Part shown: in pieces, positions 35,740-44,484 of the stretch
Numbering within the stretch: position 1 is the stretch's first letter
How the letters are laid out: every line of letters begins with the position of its first letter
IMG/VR virus record: IMGVR_UViG_3300032216_001376
Span: 2,081-66,080 of that record
Source of the DNA: a virus
Taxonomy: Duplodnaviria; Caudoviricetes
Length of the DNA: 64,000 nt
Direction: 5' to 3' (one strand)
The notes under the pieces: model-generated
Told to the model about the DNA's origin: nothing
What the model saw: the letters and a program-made list of their open reading frames with translations, nothing else
Databases searched by the model: none
Position numbers and translations under genes: made by a program

Positions 35740-36024
35740 ATGAAACGAAACCATAGACTAGCATTTAACGCACTTAAGAAGATTGGTGCGCCGGTGTACG
35801 AGCGCAGTGACTTAGAGAATTTTCAGATTAGTGCTGAGGGTTTGGGTAGTAGGTCAGCCTACGAAGGGTACAAAGACTACATTATGTGGGCTAGTTTTTA
35901 TGAGGGGCCTGACATTGCCCACTGGGAGTTTGGTATTAATCCGTTGATTACGGATATATTAAAGAAGTATGGGCTTCATGCCGAGTGGATTAACGCAGGA
36001 GAGATAGGAGTTTACAATGATTAA
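35740..36024 (+). CDS. Early hypothetical protein (94 aa)
   Basis: F.ISAE...W..FY..FGINP.I..IL.KYGL..EWIN.GE.GVY pattern. Confidence 0.65.
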   Translation: MKRNHRLAFNALKKIGAPVYERSDLENFQISAEGLGSRSAYEGYKDYIMWASFYEGPDIAHWEFGINPLITDILKKYGLHAEWINAGEIGVYND

Positions 36025-36316
36025 GGAAGAGGTAATGGACGACTTGAGAGAGTCGGAGTTGGGCAGGGTCATGGGACGTGTAAGATACACCTACACATCA
36101 CCAACCCACTGGTGCAAGGACGGCATCTGTCAGGTGACCCTGAACTACGGATGGATGGAGAGGCCTGATATCAGCATGCATTGGGGCAGTGGTGGCGTTA
36201 ACAGGGGCTACAGTGAGCGTGAGATAGCCGACGCCATGTCGGAGGCGTTTAAGATGGCATCAAAGCGCCTTGAGAAGTTAGAGAGGATTGTTAAAATAGC
36301 ACAGGGGGAAGCATGA
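36017..36316 (+). CDS. Early hypothetical protein (99 aa)
   Basis: Overlap coupling with neighbours. Confidence 0.6.
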   Translation: MIKEEVMDDLRESELGRVMGRVRYTYTSPTHWCKDGICQVTLNYGWMERPDISMHWGSGGVNRGYSEREIADAMSEAFKMASKRLEKLERIVKIAQGEA

Positions 36317-36486
36317 ACGACTTAGACTACAACGACTTGGTACTGCTGTCACGTGCGCTGTATTGGTACATTGACAGGGTGTCGAACACGGAGCGTCAGA
36401 TGGGGCGTGACGACTCCGAATGGGACAGAGCCATGTGGCTGAAGCAAAAAATTGCACATAAAATTGAACAGGATGCGTTTATATGA
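36313..36486 (+). CDS. Early hypothetical protein (57 aa)
   Basis: Manually translated; ATGA coupling. Confidence 0.55.
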   Translation: MNDLDYNDLVLLSRALYWYIDRVSNTERQMGRDDSEWDRAMWLKQKIAHKIEQDAFI

Positions 36487-36601
36487 GAAATATTTTTATT
36501 AAAAGGACCACCTTTATGGATTATTTGTATGCTACAATATTCAGTATTGCAGTCGGTTGTACATTAGCAGTTGTTTATTTATATAAAATAGGAGAATTAC
36601 C

Positions 36602-36868
36602 ATGGTGAATATTATTGACGAATTAGGCGCAGTAAACCAAGCAATCAAAGAGTTAGAGGCTACCGCACGTAAACTCAAGGCAGAGTTAATCGCTCGTGGC
36701 GTTGGGACGTACGACGGCGAGCAGTACATTGCAGAGGTGCAGTCATACGACCGTGCTAACATCGACGCAACGTTGGTACGTGAGTTGGCTGACGAGGACT
36801 TTATCAGCCAAGTAACAAAGATTCAGCACGTTAACGCCGTCGTTGTTAAGATGCAAAAGGCAGTTTAA
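36602..36868 (+). CDS. Hypothetical protein (88 aa)
   Basis: AGGAG RBS; IDELG...I.EL.A...LK..L N-terminal helix. Confidence 0.65.
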   Translation: MVNIIDELGAVNQAIKELEATARKLKAELIARGVGTYDGEQYIAEVQSYDRANIDATLVRELADEDFISQVTKIQHVNAVVVKMQKAV

Positions 36869-37443
36869 TGAAGGACAAGGACCTGCTGACGACTTACTTA
36901 CAGGGGATGCTCGCTGAGGACATCGGCGGGCTTACCAAGGAGCAGGAGTACAAACTGTCTGAGCAGATAGGCAAGGGTGACACGGACGCATTAAACACGC
37001 TGATACGCCATAACTTACGGTTGGTTGTCTTCATGCTTAGGAAGACAACGGCGTGGCAACACAGCATCATACCCCCCGAGGACTTGGTGCAGATGGGCAA
37101 CGTCGCACTGGTGCTCGCAGCAAGGCGTTGGACGCCAACGAAGGGCGCACGGTTTGCCAGTTACGCCGGCAATTATATTTTGCGGTTCGTGACACGAGAG
37201 TTGGACAACACGGAGCGCACCATTAGGCTACCGATTAACATCGTCGAGGCGGTCAAGAAGATGAACTACATCGAGCGACAGTTAAGGCAGGCCCTTGGAC
37301 GGGAGCCAAAGATTAAAGAACTGGCGGACGCTATGGACGTATCGACCAAGCGAATCAGTCAGTTAAGGGGGTACGTTATGCGTGAGCCCATCTCACTAGA
37401 AGCATTTTTAAATGACAGGCACGAGGAAACAAACGATGAGTAA
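36868..37443 (+). CDS. Phage sigma70-family factor, regions 1.2-3 only (no region 4)
   Basis: LTKEQE..L...G...A...LI.HNLRLVV; EDLVQMGN.AL..AA.RW.P.KG.RFASYA; RTIRLP; LGREP...ELA; stops after EPISLE. Confidence 0.85.
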   Translation: MKDKDLLTTYLQGMLAEDIGGLTKEQEYKLSEQIGKGDTDALNTLIRHNLRLVVFMLRKTTAWQHSIIPPEDLVQMGNVALVLAARRWTPTKGARFASYAGNYILRFVTRELDNTERTIRLPINIVEAVKKMNYIERQLRQALGREPKIKELADAMDVSTKRISQLRGYVMREPISLEAFLNDRHEETNDE

Positions 37444-37768
37444 CACACTGGAGTTGACCCAAGAACAAAGAAAGGCCTACGACCGATTCATCAGGGCACG
37501 TGACAAGGTGCGCAAGGGATCGAAGTGGGTCAAGCCGTCACCCATAGAGTCGTCGGTCGACATCGAGGGGTTTAACCACCCGTTCTACGTCGCCAACGAG
37601 GCCTATCAGGAGTACATGGACGCCTTCATGGCGTGGCTAGACATCGAGCCCAAGTTCAGGGACGCCGAGCGCATGAGGGCAAGCAGGGGCGACTACGGAC
37701 TGGCGGACAGTTGGGAAGACAAGGTGAGCAGGGCGCAGGACACATACAGCAAACTAAAGGAGGGGTAA
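37436..37768 (+). CDS. Hypothetical protein (110 aa, likely start MSNTLEL)
   Basis: Overlaps the sigma stop codon; GAGG RBS. Confidence 0.6.
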   Translation: MSNTLELTQEQRKAYDRFIRARDKVRKGSKWVKPSPIESSVDIEGFNHPFYVANEAYQEYMDAFMAWLDIEPKFRDAERMRASRGDYGLADSWEDKVSRAQDTYSKLKEG

Positions 37769-37986
37769 TGGACGCTAAGAAAGACAGCATGGGTGTTGCA
37801 AATCTGTACGACATCCACGACAAGGACGGGAACCTGACACGTATCGAGGTCGTCGACTCGGAGGGTGAGTTCGTCTTTGACATAATTTGGGACGAGAACG
37901 ACTCGCAGTCCCAAGAAAATCGAGCCAACTTCCGCAGGTGGTCCAAGGAGGTTGTTAGACGATACGGTTATATAGTTGCCGATTGA
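37768..37986 (+). CDS. Hypothetical protein (72 aa, MDAKKDS...)
   Basis: GGAGG RBS; TAATG coupling. Confidence 0.6.
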   Translation: MDAKKDSMGVANLYDIHDKDGNLTRIEVVDSEGEFVFDIIWDENDSQSQENRANFRRWSKEVVRRYGYIVAD

Positions 37987-38016
37987 TATAACTAAAAGTA
38001 GTATAAAGGGGCAAAT

Positions 38017-38137
38017 TTGTACCACTAGTACCACTAGTACTACTCTTTTATTCTTTTTATTCTTTTTAAAAAAATAAAATAAATATATGGGGGTAATAGT
38101 CAAACTAAGTGGTACAAGTGGTACTAGTGGTACAAAT
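38017..38137. repeat. Inverted repeat copy 2 (ori/pac-like)
   Basis: Reverse complement of 30982-31092 with a few substitutions and one extra ACCACTAGT unit. Confidence 0.85.
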
Positions 38138-38180
38138 AAAAAACTTTATTATTAACTATCAAGCACTTAGAAAAATTGAC

Positions 38181-38360
38181 ATGGTAAACGAGCACGACAT
38201 AGAAGACTGGCACGAGAAGCCAAAGAAAGAGCCCCTAGGAGGCGTTAAGGTACCCACTGGCTACCTACCCCTTAACTTCTCATTAAAACCGCTCCTAGGC
38301 CCCGCTATTGGCCTCCAAATCGATTTTGCAATTAAACCCTACAAGGAACCCAATGTATAA
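38181..38360 (+). CDS. Hypothetical protein (59 aa)
   Basis: ATG at 38181 in the ORF-track frame. Confidence 0.4.
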   Translation: MVNEHDIEDWHEKPKKEPLGGVKVPTGYLPLNFSLKPLLGPAIGLQIDFAIKPYKEPNV

Positions 38361-38514
38361 ACTATACGACGAGGACAACAACTACATGCGGTGGGTGGCA
38401 CGTAAGGAAGAGGCGCGTGCTATACTGGACACCCATACGGACTGGACGGTGCGTTTTGTTAGGATGGAACGTAAAGTCGTCGATTTGACAACCTTCGAGG
38501 AGGCACCATTTTGA
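38353..38514 (+). CDS. Hypothetical protein (53 aa, MYKLYDED...)
   Basis: AAGGA RBS; ends EEAPF. Confidence 0.6.
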   Translation: MYKLYDEDNNYMRWVARKEEARAILDTHTDWTVRFVRMERKVVDLTTFEEAPF

Positions 38515-38684
38515 AAACGATCGCAATTTTTATGGCAGCATTTATCTGTGGCTTTGTGATGTTCATCACCGCACTGCCCGAGAAGCAGACCGTATGGAAG
38601 TTAAAGAACTGTGAGTTGGCTGAGATTAGCCCTGACTTCACACCGAAAGAAAAACAAGATTGCAGAATAGCGAGGAAGAAATGA
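38511..38684 (+). CDS. Small secreted/membrane protein (57 aa, TTG start)
   Basis: Hydrophobic N-terminus; C..AEISPDF...K..CR; GGAGG RBS. Confidence 0.55.
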   Translation: MKTIAIFMAAFICGFVMFITALPEKQTVWKLKNCELAEISPDFTPKEKQDCRIARKK

Positions 38685-38863
38685 AACAAAAAGAACTTAT
38701 GAGTTTAGAAAATCCATTTGGTTTAGCACCACTTAAAGGCGAGGGTATGCTTGTTGACCCTGATATGGTTACGTTCCAATGTGATTGTGAAAAATGCCAA
38801 GAAGGTTATCGTAAATGGAAAGCTGATTACTTAGCAGAACAAAAGGAAGCGAGGAAGAAATGA
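38681..38863 (+). CDS. Hypothetical protein (60 aa) with C.C..C
   Basis: Starts inside the 16-bp junction repeat. Confidence 0.6.
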   Translation: MKQKELMSLENPFGLAPLKGEGMLVDPDMVTFQCDCEKCQEGYRKWKADYLAEQKEARKK

Positions 38864-39009
38864 TAACTAAAGAGCAAGCATTAATAAATGTTAACAAAAA
38901 AATTTTAGACCAAAACTATGACCTAAAAGCTCAATGCGAAGGGTATAGAAAAATTGTTAAAAGGTTGGAAGTAAAAATTAAATCATTAAAGAAAGCGAGG
39001 AAGAAATGA
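38860..39009 (+). CDS. Hypothetical coiled-coil protein (49 aa)
   Basis: Manually translated; bounded by junction repeats. Confidence 0.55.
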   Translation: MITKEQALINVNKKILDQNYDLKAQCEGYRKIVKRLEVKIKSLKKARKK

Positions 39010-39251
39010 AAAAAATATTTGGATGTAATTGTAGAGAAGAGTTGCATGAACTAAAAATGAGAATAGATTTTTTAGCAAACCGTTTAGATTATCAGACAGA
39101 TGATTATTGGTTTTATATGGGCGAAAGACCAGCGGCACCACTTGAAACTGTTGTGCGTAGAATAGCAAATCATTTAGGTATGCAGATACACAGGCAGTCA
39201 GCGACAGAAGTAACATATAGAACTGAATTTAAAAAAGGAAATGATAAATGA
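39006..39251 (+). CDS. Hypothetical protein (81 aa)
   Basis: Starts inside the junction repeat. Confidence 0.6.
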   Translation: MKKIFGCNCREELHELKMRIDFLANRLDYQTDDYWFYMGERPAAPLETVVRRIANHLGMQIHRQSATEVTYRTEFKKGNDK

Positions 39252-39430
39252 TATTTACATTTGCAAAAGAAGGTGATGGCACGGTTTATGAAGAGAACCA
39301 AGTCAACGTGGGTATGGAATTTAAGGCAGTCAGGCTAGATGAAATTGTGGCTAACTTTGAAGACTTCTTGCGTGGCTGTGGGTTTGTGTTTGAAGGACAC
39401 TTGGACTTTGTTGTGGGGGATGAGAAATGA
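39248..39430 (+). CDS. Hypothetical protein (60 aa)
   Basis: EF.A..LD.I...FEDFLRGCGFVF.G motif common in phages. Confidence 0.7.
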   Translation: MIFTFAKEGDGTVYEENQVNVGMEFKAVRLDEIVANFEDFLRGCGFVFEGHLDFVVGDEK

Positions 39431-39822
39431 CTGCATTTAAAGAATTTGCCATTGGTAAGTTTGTATTACGGTTCTACAAGACCGACCATGTGTGGACTTG
39501 CACGGTTACGGAAGATATGTTGGATGAAGTAAAGAAAGAACTAGCACTACAAAGGCTATCTGATATTGGTCAAGAGATTGAAGACCGAGACTCTGCTATA
39601 TATGCAACAGGTTACTGGAAAGGCATTGAGTATAAAAAGCAACATGACGAACTACAAACCCTAGTCAAGTCATTCTTTGAGGACTACTTAAACTACGAAG
39701 AGGAATCGGATAGTGGTCGAGTGTTTAACCCTATCCATGTAAGTTGTACTCGTGCCATGATGATTGAACCATTGGCTAAGTTGTTAATGCGTATGAAAGA
39801 ACTGTCGGGGGTGAAGGAATGA
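39427..39822 (+). CDS. Hypothetical protein (131 aa)
   Basis: ATGA coupling; ALQRLSDIGQEIE motif. Confidence 0.6.
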   Translation: MTAFKEFAIGKFVLRFYKTDHVWTCTVTEDMLDEVKKELALQRLSDIGQEIEDRDSAIYATGYWKGIEYKKQHDELQTLVKSFFEDYLNYEEESDSGRVFNPIHVSCTRAMMIEPLAKLLMRMKELSGVKE

Positions 39823-40094
39823 GTAAGCCAATAGGGTGGATAGATACATTTGAATTAATTGAATTTGAGGATGCTTTTTGGATTGAAATTTCTCCATATA
39901 AAACAGATACTTTTAAAACTCCTCTTTACACCCACCCAATGCGTGAACTAACAGATGAGGAAATCATGGAAGTGCTTATTGAAGAAGGTATTTATGTAAA
40001 CCTAAAAGGTGGAAGTTTTGCAGCATATCAAGCAGATGCTGATTTACATAAGTTTGCAAGAGCAATACTAAAGAAAGTAAGTGAACGTGCATAA
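39819..40094 (+). CDS. Hypothetical protein (91 aa)
   Basis: PLYTHP.RELTDEEI...FARAIL.K motif common in phage accessory genes. Confidence 0.65.
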   Translation: MSKPIGWIDTFELIEFEDAFWIEISPYKTDTFKTPLYTHPMRELTDEEIMEVLIEEGIYVNLKGGSFAAYQADADLHKFARAILKKVSERA

Positions 40095-40270
40095 AAGTGT
40101 ACACAAACCCTAAAAAAAGGTAGGGAAAGTGTAGATTTGTACGAAAAAGTGTGTAAGTGTAAGAAAAAGTTTGAGTTTCCAAGTAATTGTACGATTTTGT
40201 GTGTTGTACGGAAAAAAAAGTTGTTCACGTTACGTGAACAAAATAAAAAATTGTACGTTTTTGTGTATTA
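40095..40270. repeat. AT-rich iteron-like region: TTGTACG x4 and a 21-bp palindrome TTGTTCACGT-T-ACGTGAACAA
   Basis: Repeats at 40137, 40187, 40204 and 40250; palindrome at 40221-40241. Confidence 0.65.
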
Positions 40271-40337
40271 TATTGAAATGATAAAAAAATACTGGAGTGA
40301 CTGGAAGGTCGTTGATAAAATTAAAATAGGAGGAATT

Positions 40338-40673
40338 ATGGCAGAATATATACCAGATAGGTGGCAGGTTGTTAACTTAAAAATAGACGAACTGGACGTC
40401 GACAAGGTGATGGGCAGTTGGTACGGTGGCTTCTTGGGATCGGACAACTGGCGTCTGAGCTCGGGCATCGTCGAGGTGGTTGAGAAGGACACCTACTACG
40501 AGGTTCATAACCAGTCAGGCAGCGTGTACATGTGCCACAAAAAGTCACAGGGCATGAGCGCCTACACCGCGCAGGTTTTCTTGGACTTTGAGAAGCAACT
40601 CAAAGAACAGGGCGGGTCGTTAGAAGTGTGCGACATGGCTAACATTTTGGACAAATATCAACATAAATGTTAG
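40338..40673 (+). CDS. Hypothetical protein (111 aa, MAEYIPDRWQVV...)
   Basis: AGGAGG RBS; Y.PD.W.V...W.GG.L.SD.WRL.SGI...SGS.Y.C motif. Confidence 0.7.
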   Translation: MAEYIPDRWQVVNLKIDELDVDKVMGSWYGGFLGSDNWRLSSGIVEVVEKDTYYEVHNQSGSVYMCHKKSQGMSAYTAQVFLDFEKQLKEQGGSLEVCDMANILDKYQHKC

Positions 40674-40688
40674 TCGCGTCACACATTT

Positions 40689-40702
40689 TTTGCATTAATA
40701 TA
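40689..40702 (+). promoter_or_regulatory. Phage middle promoter, class B (TTTGCATTAATATA) before the primase gene
   Basis: Perfect 14-mer, one of four. Confidence 0.7.
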
Positions 40703-40721
40703 GGCAACTGAAAGGATAAGA

Positions 40722-43043
40722 ATGTCAGATAGGCCAGTAGCACTACCAGTACTGTTTCAAAACATACCCTACGAGCTCAAGAAGATACCCCGTTGGGTGA
40801 TGTGGCGTTTTATGGAGGTTGGCGCCTCGGACAACAAGCGATGGAGCAAGATACCAGTCAGGCCCACCGGCGAGCAGGCTAAGGCCAACGACCCGAGCAC
40901 GTGGGTGGACTTTCTGTCGGTCCAAGAGGCGTATAACTCAGGCAAGTTTGACGGCGTGGGCTTTGTGTTCACGGACGACGACAACCTAGCCGGTGTGGAC
41001 TTGGACGACTGCTTTGACCACCAGTCTGAGCGTTTCACAAATGCTGCACTGCAACAAATTGCCGACAAGGTCGTCGGCTACATGGAGATTAGCCCGTCGG
41101 GGACTGGCGTTAAGATATTTACGCGGGCCAACCTAGGCGCGGCGCACGTCGACCACGCCTTAGGACTGGAGGTGTACAACCGCGGGCGCTACTTCACGGT
41201 GACGGGCCACCACCTGTCAGGCGAGATACCGGCCGACGAGCAGGACATCACGTCCTTCGTGCCGGAGCGTATCATCCACCGGACTGGCGACGCGTTTGCA
41301 GACTACGTGCCACCACTGGAGGGCTACGACCTGCACAGGGTGGAGACTGAAATACTGGCCCAATTAGACCCGAACTGTGGGTACACGGACTGGTTGCAGG
41401 TAGGCTTCGCGCTACACCACCAGTTCTCAGGCGACCTTGAGGCCTTAGAGTTATGGGAGAATTGGAGCTTTGGCAACGGTGACGTGGCGAACTACGTGGA
41501 GTCAGGCCCCATGAGTTGCGAGGGGAAGTGGTCCACGTTTAGGGGTCAGGGCTCAACGCTACGCTCGTTGCTGTTCAAGGTTAATCAGGAGGCGCGCAAG
41601 GAGGCCATGGCTAGGGGCGAGGTTATACTGGACAACGCCAGCCCGCTGAACCACGCCAAGAACTTCTTAGACAACATGTTCTCGTGCGAGGAGGGCTACC
41701 GGCTCGTGCACTACGCCGACGAGTTTTTTGTGTACGTGTCGACGCACTATGAGTTGATCGAGGAGTCAACGGTCCGATCGAAGCTGTACGCCTTCTTGGA
41801 CAAGTGCAAGAAGTCAGGCAAGAAGGGCGAGCTGATGCCGTTCAACCCAACCCCGTCTAGCGTGTCGGCCGCAATGGACGCGGTGAAGGCCATCACGCAC
41901 TTGGCCAACCACCCGAACACAAAGCCGCCGATTTGGTTGTCGGGCTACGAGGTTAACCGCCCCGAGGCGTCGCAGCTGGTCAGTTTAAAGAATGGCCTGT
42001 TTCACCTGAAGGACTCGGCGGTACTGCCGCACTCGTTGGGGTTCTTTACGCAGAACGCCCTGCCGTTTGAGTACAACCCAAGGGCGCTGTGCCCGTCGTG
42101 GATGAAGTTTTTAGACGACCTGTGGGGCCACGACCAAGAGTCGATCGACTGCCTGCAGGAAATGTTTGGGTACATCCTGAGCGGTGACACAACCCAGCAG
42201 AAGTTTTTTAACCTGATTGGCCCACGTCGTTCGGGCAAGGGAACGATTAACAAGGTGCTCGTGAGCCTGCTAGGTCAGCACAACACGGTCGCGCCACAAA
42301 TGGAGGAACTCTGTGATACTTTCGGTCTTCAACCTTGGTTGGGTAAGCTACTCGCTTCTTTCACCGACGCCCGTGCCCCTGAGCGTAACCGTAGTGCTGT
42401 TGTCTCTCAACTCCTTAGAATTAGTGGCGGCGACACTGTTACAGTCAATCGAAAGAACAAGGAAGCATGGAACGGTTACCTGCCAACGCGAATTGTAATC
42501 TACTCCAACGAGGCATTACAGCTGACGGAGAACTCCAACGCGCTCACCGGTCGTATGATTGTCTTAAAGATGGTGAACGACTTCTACAACAAGGAAGACT
42601 CTACGCTGTCAACAAGGCTCGAGGCCGAGCTTAGTGGCATCTTTAACTGGGCGATGGAGGGGCTTTCAAGACGACTGGCGCGCGGTGGCTACTTCTTACA
42701 GCCAAAGAGCGGGCAGGAGTACTTAGACCTGATGCAAGAGATTGGCAACCCGATGAGCACGTTCGCAGAGGACGCCTTAGAGTTTGATCCGGCGGCGTTT
42801 GTCACCAAGGACGACGTGTTTAACTGCTACAACCATTGGGCGATTAAGAAGAAGATGCCGGTGGGGACTGAGATGGCGTTTAAGCGTAGGTTCTTGGCGT
42901 CCACGCAGGAGCACAGGGTTACGACCGACCTGATACGCGAGGCCGGCGACAGGAAGCACATTTACAGGGGCGTGCGCTTGAACAGCAAGGCACAGAAGTA
43001 CATTGAGACAATTGGAAGCAGTTTTGACACGGAGATATTTTGA
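40722..43043 (+). CDS. Primase-polymerase (AEP/prim-pol) + PriCT + D5-type SF3 helicase (773 aa)
   Basis: GVGFVFT...GVDLDDC; E.SPSGTG.KIF; LEVYN.GRYFTVTG; Y.DWL.VG.ALH; GPRRSGKGT Walker A. Confidence 0.9.
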   Translation: MSDRPVALPVLFQNIPYELKKIPRWVMWRFMEVGASDNKRWSKIPVRPTGEQAKANDPSTWVDFLSVQEAYNSGKFDGVGFVFTDDDNLAGVDLDDCFDHQSERFTNAALQQIADKVVGYMEISPSGTGVKIFTRANLGAAHVDHALGLEVYNRGRYFTVTGHHLSGEIPADEQDITSFVPERIIHRTGDAFADYVPPLEGYDLHRVETEILAQLDPNCGYTDWLQVGFALHHQFSGDLEALELWENWSFGNGDVANYVESGPMSCEGKWSTFRGQGSTLRSLLFKVNQEARKEAMARGEVILDNASPLNHAKNFLDNMFSCEEGYRLVHYADEFFVYVSTHYELIEESTVRSKLYAFLDKCKKSGKKGELMPFNPTPSSVSAAMDAVKAITHLANHPNTKPPIWLSGYEVNRPEASQLVSLKNGLFHLKDSAVLPHSLGFFTQNALPFEYNPRALCPSWMKFLDDLWGHDQESIDCLQEMFGYILSGDTTQQKFFNLIGPRRSGKGTINKVLVSLLGQHNTVAPQMEELCDTFGLQPWLGKLLASFTDARAPERNRSAVVSQLLRISGGDTVTVNRKNKEAWNGYLPTRIVIYSNEALQLTENSNALTGRMIVLKMVNDFYNKEDSTLSTRLEAELSGIFNWAMEGLSRRLARGGYFLQPKSGQEYLDLMQEIGNPMSTFAEDALEFDPAAFVTKDDVFNCYNHWAIKKKMPVGTEMAFKRRFLASTQEHRVTTDLIREAGDRKHIYRGVRLNSKAQKYIETIGSSFDTEIF

Positions 43044-43267
43044 TGAATAAAGAAGCGCAGGAAGCATACAGTAGATGGAAGAAACAGCATACGGTCGACA
43101 TGCAGGTAAGAACCGACGAGCAGATGTTCGCTGTTGGCTTTGAGGAGTGCCAAGGGGTTGTTAAAGAACTGACCGAGTTGGTGCTCGACTTGGAGAAGGA
43201 AAACAAGCGACTGGACGCCATGGTAAAGAAACTACAGAAGGAGTTAAAGAATGCCAAAAAAGTTTAA
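43040..43267 (+). CDS. Hypothetical coiled-coil protein (75 aa)
   Basis: Coupled to the primase stop codon. Confidence 0.6.
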   Translation: MMNKEAQEAYSRWKKQHTVDMQVRTDEQMFAVGFEECQGVVKELTELVLDLEKENKRLDAMVKKLQKELKNAKKV

Positions 43268-43811
43268 CTACTACCACGTCGACGCCGGCCACTTCAAGGT
43301 GCAGATTAAGCTTTGCTTTGATCAGTTGGAGTTTCAAAAGATACTGCAAGACCACGACATCAAGGCCAAGACAACCGCACTGGACGCCGGCATAGCGGAG
43401 ACACACTACCTGTCAGACGGTCGTGAGGGCATCATCATCTTGGTGTTTGACTTGGCAGAGTGCGACGAGAACCCAGCCTATCTAGCCGGCGTGATTGCGC
43501 ACGAGGCCACGCACTGTGTCTGCAGGATATTTGAGCATATCGGCGAAGAGGTTGAGGACATCGGCGAGGAGTCGCGCGCCTACTTGACGGAGCACATTGT
43601 CATGCAGCTAACGCAGGCCGTCATTACAGAGAAAGAAAAGCATGCTGGAAAAGGAAATCGAGCAGCACCTAAGCAAAAAGGTAAAGGCACTGGGCGGACT
43701 AAGCTACAAGTGGATCTCAACGATAACGGGGGTCCCAGACCGGATAGTTATATACAGGGGCCGGCTGTGGTTAGTGGAACTGAAAACACAAACCGGACAA
43801 ATATCTTCTAG
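43251..43811 (+). CDS. Hypothetical protein with HEA.H (HExxH-like) motif
   Basis: GVIAHEATH.V.RIFEHIGE....EE.RAYL; C-terminus overlaps the VRR-NUC gene. Confidence 0.55.
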   Translation: MPKKFNYYHVDAGHFKVQIKLCFDQLEFQKILQDHDIKAKTTALDAGIAETHYLSDGREGIIILVFDLAECDENPAYLAGVIAHEATHCVCRIFEHIGEEVEDIGEESRAYLTEHIVMQLTQAVITEKEKHAGKGNRAAPKQKGKGTGRTKLQVDLNDNGGPRPDSYIQGPAVVSGTENTNRTNIF

Positions 43812-43914
43812 GCAGGAGCTGGTATTTAAAGAACTGGAGGCTCACGGGTTTCCGGTGTTAATCATTCGCAGCAAAGAAGACGTAAATGATTTTATAGGGC
43901 GAATTAATGAATAA
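43642..43914 (+). CDS. VRR-NUC domain nuclease
   Basis: LEKEIE...G..YKW...GVPDRIV....VELK...G..S..Q. Confidence 0.9.
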   Translation: MLEKEIEQHLSKKVKALGGLSYKWISTITGVPDRIVIYRGRLWLVELKTQTGQISSRQELVFKELEAHGFPVLIIRSKEDVNDFIGRINE

Positions 43915-43928
43915 CATTGCATTAATAG
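43896..43928 (+). promoter_or_regulatory. Phage late promoter, class A (AGGGCGA-N16-GCATTAATAG) before the HNH gene
   Basis: Matches the motif and spacing. Confidence 0.7.
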
Positions 43929-44019
43929 ATATAGAGGTAAGCGAAAAGACCGGCCAGTCCCGTTATGCCATTAACATAACTAGCACCTCTACTATCAATT
44001 ACTTTAATGGAGTATCACA

Positions 44020-44484
44020 ATGAAACAATGCAAAGTTTGCAATACCACAAAACCTGTGTCTGAATTTTTTAAAAAAAATAATAGCAAATCTGGATATCAG
44101 GGTAAATGTAAATCTTGTTCGGCAAAATACAAAACAGAATATAGTAAAACTAAACGTGGGCATTTATCTAGCTATCTTTCTGATAGCAAACATAGAGCCA
44201 AAGAAAAAAATTTACCCTTTAATTTAGATTTAAAATATTTAGAAAGTATTTCTACAAATGAATGTCCCATTTTTAAAACAACATTTGATTGGGGCAGAGA
44301 TAAAAAGGGGCAGGGTAACGAACGACCATCATTAGATAGAATTATTCCAGAGTTAGGTTATATAAAAGGCAATGTGGCTTTTATTTCTATGTGGGCGAAT
44401 TCAATTAAACAAGATGCAACAGAAAAAGAATTGTACGCTGTCGCTGATTGGATACATGAAAAAAGAAAATATGTTAAAACGTAA
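44020..44484 (+). CDS. HNH-type homing endonuclease with N-terminal Zn finger
   Basis: CKVC...CKSC; CPIF; PSLDRIIPELGYIKGNVAFIS.WAN.IK. Confidence 0.8.
   Translation: MKQCKVCNTTKPVSEFFKKNNSKSGYQGKCKSCSAKYKTEYSKTKRGHLSSYLSDSKHRAKEKNLPFNLDLKYLESISTNECPIFKTTFDWGRDKKGQGNERPSLDRIIPELGYIKGNVAFISMWANSIKQDATEKELYAVADWIHEKRKYVKT

Noticed and set aside
36516-36608. 30-codon hydrophobic ORF (MDYLYATIFS...)
   Set aside because: It overlaps an extended -10-like TGCTACAAT and the RBS of the next gene; more simply a promoter region, and coding cannot be supported.
37400-37770. Sigma region 4 hidden downstream of the truncated sigma by a frameshift or sequencing error
   Set aside because: The following ORF is a coupled gene with its own RBS and no region-4 features; the other frames listed in the track show no HTH-like sequence.
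25398-38890. Additional GCATTAAT hits (25402, 38878; also 19977 and 63359) as promoters
   Set aside because: They lie inside coding sequence, lack both the GGGCGG-N16 context and the full TTTGCATTAATATA 14-mer, and several are antisense.
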